From an uncultured Pelagibacteraceae bacterium (GTDB taxonomy: Bacteria; Pseudomonadota; Alphaproteobacteria; Pelagibacterales; Pelagibacteraceae): 64,000 bases of DNA. The stretch's first letter is position 1. Each line of letters begins with the position of its first letter. The stretch is from assembly GCA_902634695.1 (NCBI GenBank), contig CACPLE010000001.1, forward strand, positions 9,401-73,400, in the 5' to 3' direction. Below are positions 20,764-31,278 of the stretch, one piece after another. The notes below the pieces were generated by a model that had not been told where the DNA came from, searched no databases, and saw only the letters and a program-made list of their open reading frames with translations. The position numbers and the translations under genes are program-made.

Positions 20764-21845
20764 TGCATTTAGTTGTTACAAGATCTTTTCCTCCAGAATT
20801 AGGTGGAATGCAAAATTTAATGTGGGGCCTAACAAACTCTATTTCAAAATATAATTTAACAAAAGTATTTGCTGATTATCAAGAAAACCATAAGGAAATT
20901 GATAATAGTGTTTCATTTTCTGTTGAAAGAATTGGTGGAACAAAATTGTTAAGAAAATATAGAAAAGCATATTTGGTTAATGAATTTATAAAAAAAAATA
21001 ACAAAGTAGAATGTATAATTGCCGATCATTGGAAAAGTTTAGAATTAATTAAATCAAATAAAAAAAAAATTTGTTTAATTCATTCAAAAGAAATTAATCA
21101 CGATAAAGGTACAAGATCCAATAAAAGAGTTTTGAATGTTTTAAATAATGTTGACTATGTTATTGCTAATTCCGAATTTACAAAAAATCTTGCTATACAA
21201 AATGGAGTAATTTCTAGTAAAATTAAAGTAATAAATCCTGGTGTATATCCTGTGAATACATTTGATAAAAAAATATTAAATGAGGCAGAAAATTTACTTA
21301 AGGGTAAAAATCCTAGATTAATAACTGTCTCAAGGCTTGATAAACGTAAAAATCATGAAAAAGTAATCATGGCTTTAAGAAATTTAAAAGAAATTTATCC
21401 AAATATTGTTTATACTTGTGTTGGTTTTGGTGAGGAAGAAGCAAACATAAAAAAATTAGTTAAAGAGCTAAAACTAGAAAATCATATTCTGTTTTTAAAA
21501 AACATTTCTCAAGACTTAAAAAATGCATTGGTTTCTAAGTCTAATTTGTTTGTTATGCCATCAATTATTCATAAAAAATCAGTTGAAGGCTTTGGAATTG
21601 CTTATGTTGAAGCTGCACAGTATGGAATTCCTTCTATAGGCGGAATAGATGGTGGTGCATCAGATGCAATTAAAGATAAAGAAACTGGAATTATTTGTGA
21701 TGGTAATAGTTTAGATGAAATTTATTCTAGTATAGATTTAGTTTTAAAAAATAATTCATACGTAGAAATGGGAAAAAAAGCTAAAGATTATTCAACTAAA
21801 TTTGATTGGAATAATATTGTTAAAGATTATTTAAAAATCTTGTGA
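20763..21845 (+). CDS. Glycosyltransferase family 4 (GT-B)
   Basis: FPPELGG, RLDKRK, EGFGIAYVEA. Confidence 0.92.
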   Translation: MHLVVTRSFPPELGGMQNLMWGLTNSISKYNLTKVFADYQENHKEIDNSVSFSVERIGGTKLLRKYRKAYLVNEFIKKNNKVECIIADHWKSLELIKSNKKKICLIHSKEINHDKGTRSNKRVLNVLNNVDYVIANSEFTKNLAIQNGVISSKIKVINPGVYPVNTFDKKILNEAENLLKGKNPRLITVSRLDKRKNHEKVIMALRNLKEIYPNIVYTCVGFGEEEANIKKLVKELKLENHILFLKNISQDLKNALVSKSNLFVMPSIIHKKSVEGFGIAYVEAAQYGIPSIGGIDGGASDAIKDKETGIICDGNSLDEIYSSIDLVLKNNSYVEMGKKAKDYSTKFDWNNIVKDYLKIL

Positions 21846-21858
21846 TATTATAAATATT

Positions 21859-22275
21859 ATGATCGATAAATTTAATGGAATTATATATTTTATAATTTTC
21901 ATAGTACATTTTGGTGCTTACGCTGTTTATGCGTTTAGATGTTTATTCGCAACTAAAGCATTTGTTGACCAATACGGTATGGGAGATGGTGCAGCAATTA
22001 TGACAAGGTTCTTTGGTTCTATATTTGTAGGATCTGTAATAATGGCAATTTATGTTGGCTTTATAAGAGCTGGTGGATTAGAAAATACTTGGGCTTTTTT
22101 TAATTTAATTTTCTTACAAAACGCTGCTGCATTTGTTTTTGCCATTTGGTCTCATAAAAAAGGAAACTTGGGAACAAATGAAAAAACCTCAGTTGAAGGA
22201 ATAATCGCTCCTGGAGTTCTTACAGTATTAAGTGCAATTCTTTGTTACGGTTTAGCAGACAAAATTTATATTTAA
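21859..22275 (+). CDS. Hypothetical membrane protein (4 TM)
   Basis: 138-aa hydrophobic ORF with plausible composition. No family recognised. Confidence 0.7.
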   Translation: MIDKFNGIIYFIIFIVHFGAYAVYAFRCLFATKAFVDQYGMGDGAAIMTRFFGSIFVGSVIMAIYVGFIRAGGLENTWAFFNLIFLQNAAAFVFAIWSHKKGNLGTNEKTSVEGIIAPGVLTVLSAILCYGLADKIYI

Positions 22276-23213
22276 TTAATTTTTTCTTCAAACTTTTCAA
22301 AAACTTTATTTGCACTTAATTTATTTAAGTCGGAAACTTGTATGGCTTTGAAGTTTTCTCTTTCAATGCTCACTTTATGAGCTGTTGTATGTGAACCAAA
22401 TAATGTTATTCCTTTTGCATTTAAATGGGCTGCCATATGTGCTGGCCCAGTATCATTTGCAATTACGAAGGAACTTTCTTTAATTAAAGAGGATAACTCA
22501 GATATATCTAGTGCTTTTTCATTATTTAATACACAAGTAGCTTTTATTTCCTTTGAATTTTTTATTTCAGATGGTCCAGGAGCAATAACAACTTTAAACT
22601 GATTAGCAAATTTATTTTCAATTAAATCTATTAGTTCATTATAATAAGGCCATTTTTTAATAGTCAAATGTGGTGAGCAAAATGGAAATAAAACTATATA
22701 TTTATCTAGATTATATTTTTGCTTAATATGTTTTATATCTGAGCATGACCAAGAAAAATCAGGGAACATTGTATTATTTGTAGCAAGTCCAGATGATTTT
22801 AGCTGATGTTCAAACCTATCAAGAACTGGGTTTTTATCAAACTCTTCTTTAGTTTTATCTTTAGGTAAAGTTGTTTCAGAACTTGACCATTGATTCAAAT
22901 TAGATTTTGGAAAAAGAACTTTTTTATAAAATTTTGTCCTTGATGAATTTTGAAAGTCATAAACTTTTTGAAAGTCTAATTTTTTAATTGTTCTCATTAA
23001 ATAATATAAATAGATCAAATTAAATCTGGATAATCTTTTATCTAATATTGTGTCAGTAATAAATGGGTTTTTCTTAAAAAGATCTATGTAAGGTTTGGTA
23101 GTTAATAAGTATATTTTATCTTTTTTATGATTCTCAAAAATATCTTGAATAGCACCACAAGCTTGGGCTATATCTCCTAGTGAACCATGTTTAATTATTA
23201 ATATATTAGACAT
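22272..23213 (-). CDS. Glycosyltransferase family 9 (LPS heptosyltransferase-like)
   Basis: IKHGSLGD, KKWP, NDTGPAHMAA. Confidence 0.9.
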   Translation of the reverse strand: MSNILIIKHGSLGDIAQACGAIQDIFENHKKDKIYLLTTKPYIDLFKKNPFITDTILDKRLSRFNLIYLYYLMRTIKKLDFQKVYDFQNSSRTKFYKKVLFPKSNLNQWSSSETTLPKDKTKEEFDKNPVLDRFEHQLKSSGLATNNTMFPDFSWSCSDIKHIKQKYNLDKYIVLFPFCSPHLTIKKWPYYNELIDLIENKFANQFKVVIAPGPSEIKNSKEIKATCVLNNEKALDISELSSLIKESSFVIANDTGPAHMAAHLNAKGITLFGSHTTAHKVSIERENFKAIQVSDLNKLSANKVFEKFEEKIN

Positions 23214-23245
23214 ATTTTAAACAACTTATCACACTATAAATTTTT

Positions 23246-23635
23246 ATGAATAAAATTTTAGTAGAAATATCAGTAGGAGAACTTTTAGATAAGATTTCTA
23301 TTTTAGAGATTAAAAAAGAAAAGATTAAAGATTCTGGAAAACTTAAATTTATTGAAGATGAATATAATGTTTTAAAGGAACAATTAGATCAAAATGTTAA
23401 ATCTGACCAAAAAATAAATGATCTTTTTAAATCACTAAAAGAGATAAATTCAAAATTATGGGTTATTGAAGATTCGAAAAGAATGTGTGAAAAAAATTCA
23501 GATTTTGGTGAAAAATTTATTAAACTTTCTAGAGATGTTCATTTTCTTAATGATGATAGGGCTAAAATAAAACTAGAGATAAATAATCATTCTGGATCAA
23601 AAATAAAAGAAATTAAAGAATACACTAGCTATTAA
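23246..23635 (+). CDS. DUF6165-like protein
   Basis: SVGELLDKISILEIK, LWVIED, NDDRAKIK, KEIKEY. Confidence 0.7.
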   Translation: MNKILVEISVGELLDKISILEIKKEKIKDSGKLKFIEDEYNVLKEQLDQNVKSDQKINDLFKSLKEINSKLWVIEDSKRMCEKNSDFGEKFIKLSRDVHFLNDDRAKIKLEINNHSGSKIKEIKEYTSY

Positions 23636-24408
23636 TTCAATTCGACTTTACTCCCGATATCAATTTGACCATCTTCTATTGCAGTCAAATATACGCCCAT
23701 ATCAAAATGGTTGAAATTTTCTTTTAGAGATTTTAGTAAATTAAAATTAATATTATCAGTCTTCGGTTTAAGATTTATTGTAACACATCTGGGAATATTT
23801 TTTTCAACTTTAAAAGATACATTATTAATTTTTACAATTTTATTTATCCATTTTCTTTCTTCCCAAGGTTCAACACCATCTACGTAAAAATTTCCTCTAA
23901 ATCTTTGAAATTCAACTTTATCATTAATTTTTTTTTCAAAATCTTTAATGCTATTAATGTTTATTAAAGACATAGAATTAAAAATTTTATTTGAACTAGA
24001 AGTGTCGTAAAATGGAAAATCATTATTTTTTAAAAGAAAAATTGGCCCTTGTAATGATTTTTCTAGTTCTAACAATTTATTAGTTAGCAAAGAACTTTCA
24101 TTTGAATTGCTTGTTGAAATTGAAATTAATTCTTTTTGGTCATTGGTTAATGTTAGTGTGCTTCCATCATAAATAAAATTATATTTATTTAAAACAGGTG
24201 AATTTTTTAATATTAATAAATTATTTAATTTTCTTTCTTTTGGGTTTTTTTCAATAAATTTTGCTTTATCAAGATCAAGACCTCTAGAAAAAGCAAATAC
24301 TCTATCATTTAACATTCCTAAATTTTTTTTAATATTGCATGATTTTAAACTTTGAAAAGATAATGATTTTACAGGACAAAAATATATAGATTGAACTAAA
24401 CAATTCAT
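23632..24408 (-). CDS. MOSC domain protein
   Basis: PVKS, DRVFA, RFRGNFYVDG...WEE, PRC. Confidence 0.88.
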   Translation of the reverse strand: MNCLVQSIYFCPVKSLSFQSLKSCNIKKNLGMLNDRVFAFSRGLDLDKAKFIEKNPKERKLNNLLILKNSPVLNKYNFIYDGSTLTLTNDQKELISISTSNSNESSLLTNKLLELEKSLQGPIFLLKNNDFPFYDTSSSNKIFNSMSLININSIKDFEKKINDKVEFQRFRGNFYVDGVEPWEERKWINKIVKINNVSFKVEKNIPRCVTINLKPKTDNINFNLLKSLKENFNHFDMGVYLTAIEDGQIDIGSKVELN

Positions 24409-24411
24409 TTT

Positions 24412-25239
24412 TTAAAATTTTCCTATTTTTTCCGATCCGTTATAAAAAATTTTTGACAACTCTTCATTTGCTTTATTTCTTGTTAAAATATCTTTTTTGT
24501 TCATCAGTTCTACTGGTCTTTTCGTGTGTTCGTGATAATTATATAAATCTTTTCCTCTTGCTAGTTGAACATATATTTTACCTAAAACTTGCTCTACATT
24601 AGTTCCTATATAACTTTGAATAACAAATCCAATCCTCCTATTTTTGCTTTTATTCAATCCAGACCCATGAACAACAGCTGGATGATGTAATGACATTTGT
24701 CCTGCTTTTAAAACAACTGGTACAGTTTTTTCAATAGGTACATTTTCTATTGTTTGTCCTCTGGTTAATAAATTATTTTCATCAAATTTTTGATTGTGAT
24801 ATCTAAGTTTGTCTTTTTGTGAACCAGGCCACATTCTCATACAACCATTTTCTTCATGAGAATCTGTTATAGCTATCCAGGCAGTTACCCAATTATATGG
24901 CTCAAGACCAATATACTTTGCGTCTTGGTGAAAACTAACAAAGCCTTGTTCTTGTGGATTTTTGATAAATAAAGTTGTTCCACAAACAAGAATGTTTTTG
25001 CCAATAATGCTTTCAACTGCATCTAAGATTTTTGAGTTATGACAAACTTTATCAAAAACAGGGGAAATCATGTGAATATAGTTTCTTCCCAATCCTTCCA
25101 GTTCGTTCGGCCATTTGTTTTCAATATATTCTATCTCTTTTTTAATTTCGTTGGCTTCATCCTTTGAAAAAATATTGACAGGACTAATGAATCCATCATC
25201 ATTGTATTTTAGAATTTGGCTTGGAGACAAACTAGACAC
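24412..25239 (-). CDS. Phytanoyl-CoA dioxygenase (PhyH) family Fe(II)/2OG oxygenase
   Basis: HQD facial triad start, ENGCMR, HGSGLN...RR. Confidence 0.9.
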   Translation of the reverse strand: MSSLSPSQILKYNDDGFISPVNIFSKDEANEIKKEIEYIENKWPNELEGLGRNYIHMISPVFDKVCHNSKILDAVESIIGKNILVCGTTLFIKNPQEQGFVSFHQDAKYIGLEPYNWVTAWIAITDSHEENGCMRMWPGSQKDKLRYHNQKFDENNLLTRGQTIENVPIEKTVPVVLKAGQMSLHHPAVVHGSGLNKSKNRRIGFVIQSYIGTNVEQVLGKIYVQLARGKDLYNYHEHTKRPVELMNKKDILTRNKANEELSKIFYNGSEKIGKF

Positions 25240-25241
25240 TG

Positions 25242-25913
25242 TTAATAACTATATTTTTTTTCAAGATATTTTATAATATTATGAACAACAAACGTTATAA
25301 ATAGATAAATACTTCCAGCTACTATAAATACTTCAATTGGTTTAAACGTAGTTGAAATAATATATTTTGCAACGCCAGTTAAATCCATTAATGTCACTGT
25401 GCTTGCTAAAGATGTGCCTTTGAGCATTAATATTATCTCATTACCATAAGCTGGAAGAGATTGTCTGATAGCTATAGGAATTTGAATTTTGTAGAAAATA
25501 ATTTTACTAGGTATTCCTAAACTTTTTCCTGCTTCAATAAACCCTGGTTTGATTGTTTGAAACGCTGATCTAAGTATTTCTGAAGTATATGCCCCAGTGT
25601 TTAAGGCAAATGCTATAATTGCACACCAGTAAGGTTCTTTAAAAATAACCCATAAAAAAGTTGATCTAAAGTATTCTATTTGCCCTAAACCAAAATAGAT
25701 AATAAATATTTGGACAAGTAATGGTGTGCCTCTAAACACATAAGAATATCCATAAGCAAATTTATTTATAAATATATTTTTGTTTAACCTAAGAATGGCA
25801 AAAAGCAGCCCAATGAATAAACCAAAAAATAAAGATAAAGATAATAATTTTAAGGTTATAACAGTAGCACTTAACAACTTTGGAAAACTAGTTATCATTA
25901 AATTAATATCCAT
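25242..25913 (-). CDS. Polar amino acid ABC transporter permease (HisM/OccM-like)
   Basis: FRGTPLLVQ, AYTSEILR, LKGTSLAS. Confidence 0.93.
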   Translation of the reverse strand: MDINLMITSFPKLLSATVITLKLLSLSLFFGLFIGLLFAILRLNKNIFINKFAYGYSYVFRGTPLLVQIFIIYFGLGQIEYFRSTFLWVIFKEPYWCAIIAFALNTGAYTSEILRSAFQTIKPGFIEAGKSLGIPSKIIFYKIQIPIAIRQSLPAYGNEIILMLKGTSLASTVTLMDLTGVAKYIISTTFKPIEVFIVAGSIYLFITFVVHNIIKYLEKKYSY

Positions 25914-26605
25914 TAAAAACCTCTACTATATTTAATTTCTAATCTATTAATTAACTTCATGCTTAAAAATGTAAGTGACAAATATAAAACTGCAGCAAAT
26001 GAATAAAAGAAAAGTGGGTCTCTAGTTGAGCCAGCAGCAATATATGATTGTCTCATTATTTCAACTAAACCTGTGACTGATATTAAAGATGTATCTTTTA
26101 AAGTAATTTGCCAAACATTACTAAGATTAGGTATAGCCAACCTTAACATTTGGGGCATTATAACTCTAAAAAAATAAACAAATCTTTTTAGTCCTAAAAC
26201 TTGTGAAGCTTCAAATTGACCTTTGTCTATAGATTGAATTGCTCCTCTAAAAACTTCAGTGGAATATGCGCCAGAAATAATTCCAATAGCGCAAGAGCCA
26301 GTTATAAATGCATTAATTTCAATATATTCGTTATAACCAAATATTGATGCTACATACATAACAGCACCACTTCCACCAAAAAAGAATAAATAAATTACTA
26401 ACAACTCTGGAACTCCTCTGATCACTGTAGTGTAAGAATTTCCAATAAAGTTAAGGAATTTATTTTTTGATAATTTAAGAGGAGTAAATATTAAAGCAAA
26501 AAGAAAACCTATCAACATGGCTGTTATTGAAACAGCGATAGTCATCAGAGTGGCTATAAATAACTCATCTCCCCAACCAGTTTTTCCAAATGCTAGAAGT
26601 TCCAT
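25913..26605 (-). CDS. Polar amino acid ABC transporter permease (HisQ/OccQ-like)
   Basis: RGVPELL, AYSTEVFRGA, KDTSLISV. Confidence 0.93.
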   Translation of the reverse strand: MELLAFGKTGWGDELFIATLMTIAVSITAMLIGFLFALIFTPLKLSKNKFLNFIGNSYTTVIRGVPELLVIYLFFFGGSGAVMYVASIFGYNEYIEINAFITGSCAIGIISGAYSTEVFRGAIQSIDKGQFEASQVLGLKRFVYFFRVIMPQMLRLAIPNLSNVWQITLKDTSLISVTGLVEIMRQSYIAAGSTRDPLFFYSFAAVLYLSLTFLSMKLINRLEIKYSRGF

Positions 26606-26610
26606 ACAGA

Positions 26611-26637
26611 TTGGCGACTATATATTATAGTCGCCAA
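26611..26637 (-). terminator. Intercistronic stem-loop after the binding-protein gene (attenuator or mRNA stabiliser)
   Basis: Perfect inverted repeat ttggcgactata-tat-tatagtcgccaa between the SBP and permease genes. No clear U-tract. Confidence 0.65.
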
Positions 26638-26649
26638 ATCTAAAATTAA

Positions 26650-27480
26650 TTACATAGAAGCGTCGAAACCAAACCACTTAGTAGCAATTCTACTAATGTC
26701 TCCATTTTTTCTTGCTTTATCAATGGCTTTGTTAAAAGCTTTTAAGAGTTCAGTATCATCTTGTCTAATACCAACTCCAACTCCGTTACCAAATGCTCCA
26801 CCTGAAAAAGTTGGCCCTACAAGCACAACTGGTTTTCCAGATTTCTCAGCATAATCTGTAAATGCAACAGCAGCAGCAAGTGCAGCATCACATCTTCCTG
26901 AAGTTAAGTCCAAGTTTACTTCATCTTGAGTTTTATAAGTTCTAACATTTACACTTCCAACATCACCTGAATCTAAAAAGTTTTGGTGAATAGTTGCTGT
27001 TTGAACGCAAACAGTTTTTCCTGCAAGAGCAGCTGTTAAAGTTTTTAGAGCACTTTTAACATCTGAACCACCTAAAGATAAATTTATACCAGATGGTGTA
27101 TCCATTCCTTCTAAACTAGATCCTTTCATTACTGCTAGTTGCGCAACTTCATCTGCATAACCTTGTGAAAAGCTAATTGCTTTTTGTCTTTCCGCAGTAA
27201 TCGACATTCCTGCCATGATTGCATCGAACTTTCTCATAATAAGAGCAGGAATCATTCCATCCCAATCTTGTTCAACAATTTCACATTGTCTTCCCATGTA
27301 TCTGCAAAGAGACCATGCTAATTCAACTTCAAATCCAATTAGTTTACCTGAAGCATCTTTTGAGTTCCATGGAGGATAAGCTCCTTCAGTTCCTATCTTA
27401 ATTTTATCAGCGGCAGAAACGTTACCGATAATTAATAAAGAAGCTAGAACTGAAAAAATAGTTTTTTTGAATATATTCAT
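26650..27480 (-). CDS. Basic amino acid (Arg/Lys/Orn/opine-type) ABC substrate-binding protein
   Basis: Signal peptide, GTEGAYPPWN, WDGMIPAL, MSITAER. SD AAGGAG upstream. Confidence 0.92.
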   Translation of the reverse strand: MNIFKKTIFSVLASLLIIGNVSAADKIKIGTEGAYPPWNSKDASGKLIGFEVELAWSLCRYMGRQCEIVEQDWDGMIPALIMRKFDAIMAGMSITAERQKAISFSQGYADEVAQLAVMKGSSLEGMDTPSGINLSLGGSDVKSALKTLTAALAGKTVCVQTATIHQNFLDSGDVGSVNVRTYKTQDEVNLDLTSGRCDAALAAAVAFTDYAEKSGKPVVLVGPTFSGGAFGNGVGVGIRQDDTELLKAFNKAIDKARKNGDISRIATKWFGFDASM

Positions 27481-27538
27481 TATTTCTCCTTTAATTATAA
27501 AAATATTATTTCACAAATTTACTAAATTAAAAAGAAAA

Positions 27539-28579
27539 TTAATGGTTTGTTGAAGAAGCAAAATTCCAAGAACAATCAAAACTTGGTATATAAACCCTAT
27601 CTAAAGTTGTATTTCCAAAGCTTTTATCGAAAACTTTGAGCCAACTATCAACTTGTTTTGGTTTTTTATCTTGGCTACCAACTTGAGCTGTTATAACGCC
27701 ATTAGGTTTTAGTATTCTTTTAAGAGATTTCATATTTCTTGCGGCAAGGTCAATACAATATTGATCATCATTTAAATCTACAAAAATTTTATCGTATCTA
27801 TTATCTTCTACAGATTTAATACTCTCAAAAGCATCTCCCCATATACATTTTACAGAATTTTTCTTGGTAGCGTTATTTCCGACTTTGCTTAAATATTTAC
27901 TACAAACCTCAACAACTTCTGGGTCTAATTCAAACCAATCAATAAAATTAAAGTTTTTAGATACGCACTCTCTGGCAACCCCCCCATCTCCTCCACCTAT
28001 AATCGCTGCTTTATCTTTTGCTTTATTTAATTTCAAACCAGCGTTAACAAATGTTGAGCTGTACAAATGTTCATCCTTGCTAGAAACTTGTAATTCATTA
28101 TCTATAAATAAAGATTTTCCAAACTGTTCGAGATCAAGTATCTCAATATGCTGCCCTACTTTTGAAGTAAAATCTTCTAAAACATTATTAACAATGTAAT
28201 ATTTTTTTAGACCTGGTGAGCTATAAATATCATCATAAAGAGTAACTGTGTCTCTATTAAATTCTTTTTTTACAATTCTTTTATGTTTAATTTCTTTCTT
28301 TAGGACATCTATTGCAACTGACGGTGAAATTTTGCCACAAGTAAAAAAATCAAAACTTATAATTCCTTTTTCTGGAAACGTATGAAAGCTAATATGGCTT
28401 TCAGCCAATAATGCTACTAATGTAAAACCTTGAGGCTCAAATTGATATTTTGAAATTTCTAAAACTGTAACTTTTGCTTTTTTTGCAATTTTATAAACAA
28501 GTTTTTCATAAAATGATGGATTATATTCTTGGCTTGTTCCAATAATATCTAGTGTAATATGCTCCCCTACTTTAGTCAT
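27539..28579 (-). CDS. speD: Fused S-adenosylmethionine decarboxylase / spermidine synthase (SpeD-SpeE)
   Basis: N-terminal LAESHISFHTFPE...DFFTCG (pyruvoyl SpeD). C-terminal QHIEI...IIGGGDGG...ELDPEVV (aminopropyltransferase). Confidence 0.92.
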   Translation of the reverse strand: MTKVGEHITLDIIGTSQEYNPSFYEKLVYKIAKKAKVTVLEISKYQFEPQGFTLVALLAESHISFHTFPEKGIISFDFFTCGKISPSVAIDVLKKEIKHKRIVKKEFNRDTVTLYDDIYSSPGLKKYYIVNNVLEDFTSKVGQHIEILDLEQFGKSLFIDNELQVSSKDEHLYSSTFVNAGLKLNKAKDKAAIIGGGDGGVARECVSKNFNFIDWFELDPEVVEVCSKYLSKVGNNATKKNSVKCIWGDAFESIKSVEDNRYDKIFVDLNDDQYCIDLAARNMKSLKRILKPNGVITAQVGSQDKKPKQVDSWLKVFDKSFGNTTLDRVYIPSFDCSWNFASSTNH

Positions 28580-28604
28580 AACTCCCTAATATTATTATAA
28601 AAAT

Positions 28605-29270
28605 TTAACCTTTTTTATAATGCTTCACCTTATCCAATATCTTGTTCATCTCTGTTGATGAAAGAATCTTGGGCTTACCAATTTTTAAAGCAATTATGTA
28701 TTGATGGCAAATATTTTCTACTTCTTCAGCAAGTTCAAATGCTTGTTTTAAAGTTGAACCAAATGCAACCTGGCCGTGGTTAGACATTAGGCATGCTTTT
28801 CTTTTATCTAATGCTTTAATAATATTTTTTGACAATTCTGTAGTTCCAAAAGTTCCATATTCTGCACACTTAATATCGTCACCACCTGCTAGGGCTACCA
28901 TATAATGAAATGCGGGAATTGATTTACCATGAGTTGAAACTGCGGTGGCATGTGTTGAATGAGCATGAACAATTGCTTTAGCTTTTGGTTTTTCTATATA
29001 AATATCTTGATGAAATCGCCACTCAGAAGAAGGGTTTAGAGATGAATTAAACAATTTTAGGTTGTCGTATTTTTCTTTTAAAGCAAGAAAAACTATATCT
29101 TCAGGTTTAAGAGATTCATATTTAATTCCTGATGGCGTAAGGAGAAAACCTTCAACATTATTTTGAGTAACTCTTAATGAAACATTGCCAGATCTAAGAG
29201 GGGATAAATTAGTAGTATTTAATTTTTGTGCAAATTTAATTACCTCTTCTTTCTCTTTTAAATTTTCCAT
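28605..29270 (-). CDS. Class II aldolase (FucA/Ald2-like; probable methylthioribulose-1-P aldolase)
   Basis: GNVS, TPSG, PSSEWRFH, HAH, NHG. Follows mtnA. Confidence 0.85.
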   Translation of the reverse strand: MENLKEKEEVIKFAQKLNTTNLSPLRSGNVSLRVTQNNVEGFLLTPSGIKYESLKPEDIVFLALKEKYDNLKLFNSSLNPSSEWRFHQDIYIEKPKAKAIVHAHSTHATAVSTHGKSIPAFHYMVALAGGDDIKCAEYGTFGTTELSKNIIKALDKRKACLMSNHGQVAFGSTLKQAFELAEEVENICHQYIIALKIGKPKILSSTEMNKILDKVKHYKKG

Positions 29271-29291
29271 TTAAAAATATTATTCCTTTAT

Positions 29292-30365
29292 TTAATATTT
29301 AAATAATCTTTTTAATCCTTCTGAAGATGCTTCGCAAATACCTTTTTCTGTTATTAATCCTGTTATATATTTTGCTGGTGTAACATCAAAAGCTAAGTTC
29401 ATCGCTTTACTTTTCTTAGGATAAATTAATATTTTTTTAATATTTCCATTCGCGTCTAAACCATCTAAATGAGATAGTTCTTCTGAATTTCTCTCTTCAA
29501 TTGGAATATCTTTAAAATCTTTTGTCTCCCAGTCAATTGTTGAACTTGGTAATGCAACATAAAAAGGAACATTATTGTCATGCGCTGCTAAAGCTTTTAA
29601 ATAAGTTCCAATTTTATTACAAACATCTCCTGTTGAAAGAGTTCTATCGGTTCCAACAACACACATATCAACTTCTCCTCTTTGCATCAAAATTCCACCA
29701 GTATTATCTGTAATAATAGTATTAGGAACCTCTTCTTCATTTAATTCATATGAGGTTAAATTAGCTCCTTGATTTCTTGGTCTGGTTTCATCTACCCACA
29801 CATGCACTGGTATACCTTTTTTATGTGCATGATAAATAGGAGAAGTTGCTGTACCCCAGTTTATTGTAGCAAGCCAGCCTGCATTACAATGAGTTAAAAT
29901 ATTTACTGTATTTTTTTTTTTGTTATAGATTTCTTCAATTATTTTTAAACCGTTCAAACCAATATTTTCACAAAACTTAATATCTTCTTCACATATTTCT
30001 TTTGCTTCGTCTATAGCTATAGTTAAAATTTTATCACTATTAACTCCTGAAAGTTTTTTCATCATTCTATCTACTGCCCATTTAAGATTAATTGCTGTAG
30101 GTCTAGAGTTAATAAGATCTTCACTTGATTTTTTTAAAAAAGATTGATCATTATTTTCTATAATTGCTAGGACCAATCCATAGGCAGCTGTAGCTCCTAT
30201 CAGAGGTGCTCCTCTTACTTCCATTGTTTTGATTGCATTAATTGCATCTTTTACTGTTTTAAGATCTTTAATTATAAATTGATGTGGGAGTTTTGTTTGA
30301 TCAATAATTTTTACAATATTGTTTTCAAACCAAATTGTACGATGTTCTTTTCCTTCTATTTTCAT
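29292..30365 (-). CDS. mtnA: S-methyl-5-thioribose-1-phosphate isomerase
   Basis: VRGAPLIG, RPTAINL, THCNAG, ETRPRNQG, NKIGT, FDVTP. Confidence 0.96.
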   Translation of the reverse strand: MKIEGKEHRTIWFENNIVKIIDQTKLPHQFIIKDLKTVKDAINAIKTMEVRGAPLIGATAAYGLVLAIIENNDQSFLKKSSEDLINSRPTAINLKWAVDRMMKKLSGVNSDKILTIAIDEAKEICEEDIKFCENIGLNGLKIIEEIYNKKKNTVNILTHCNAGWLATINWGTATSPIYHAHKKGIPVHVWVDETRPRNQGANLTSYELNEEEVPNTIITDNTGGILMQRGEVDMCVVGTDRTLSTGDVCNKIGTYLKALAAHDNNVPFYVALPSSTIDWETKDFKDIPIEERNSEELSHLDGLDANGNIKKILIYPKKSKAMNLAFDVTPAKYITGLITEKGICEASSEGLKRLFKY

Positions 30366-31234
30366 TTATTTAAAACTCTACCAGCTACTGTTTTTAATTT
30401 ATCTTTGGTTTTTTGAGTTCTTTTTTCTGGTGCGGTTATAATTGCTACATCTAAACAATTATTTGTTGGATCTTTTGGATCAATATAACTTTCAAAATTA
30501 TCAATTAAGTTTTTAATCATATTTTTTGCTTTTGCAGCATTGCTTAAAAGAACTTTTATTACTTGCTGAACATCTACATTTTCGTGATCTGGATGCCAGC
30601 AATCATAATCTGTAACCATAGAAACTGATGCATATCTAATTTCGGCTTCTCTAGCTAATTTAGCTTCAGGCATATTTGTCATTCCAATCACATCCGCTTT
30701 CCAGGATCTGTAAAGATTTGACTCTGCTAATGTAGAAAATTGAGGTCCTTCCATAACAACATAAGTTCCACCTCTTTGGTATTCTATTTTTTCTTTTGTA
30801 ATAGCTTCTTCGCAAGCATTCATTAAACCATTAGAAGTTGGATGCGCCATAGAAACATGAGCAACAATTTCATCATCAAAAAAAGTTTTGCTCCTAGCAA
30901 AAGTTCTATCAATAAATTGATCAACAATAACAAATTTCCCAGGAGGCAAATCTTCTTTTAAAGAACCAACTGCAGAGACTGATACTATATCGGTCACACC
31001 TAATTGCTTTAAAGAGTCAATATTGGCTTTAAAGTTAATTTTTGATGGAGATATAAAATGTCCTCTTCCATGTCTTGGAAGAAAGTAAACCTCTTTATTG
31101 TTAAATTTTGTTTTTAAAATATCATCAGAAGGTTTCCCCCACGGGGTATCTAGCTTGATTAATTCTCTTTCTTTAAATTCTTCAACGTCATAAAGCCCAC
31201 TTCCACCAATAATTGCTAATTTATTATTTGCCAT
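30362..31234 (-). CDS. mtnP: S-methyl-5'-thioadenosine phosphorylase
   Basis: IIGGSG, RHGRGH, EGPQFST.AES, GMT, VTDYDCW. Start reassigned to MANNK at 31234. Confidence 0.94.
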   Translation of the reverse strand: MANNKLAIIGGSGLYDVEEFKERELIKLDTPWGKPSDDILKTKFNNKEVYFLPRHGRGHFISPSKINFKANIDSLKQLGVTDIVSVSAVGSLKEDLPPGKFVIVDQFIDRTFARSKTFFDDEIVAHVSMAHPTSNGLMNACEEAITKEKIEYQRGGTYVVMEGPQFSTLAESNLYRSWKADVIGMTNMPEAKLAREAEIRYASVSMVTDYDCWHPDHENVDVQQVIKVLLSNAAKAKNMIKNLIDNFESYIDPKDPTNNCLDVAIITAPEKRTQKTKDKLKTVAGRVLNK

Positions 31235-31278
31235 ATGTTTAAAAATATCTAAGATTTTATATATTATTACATATAAAA

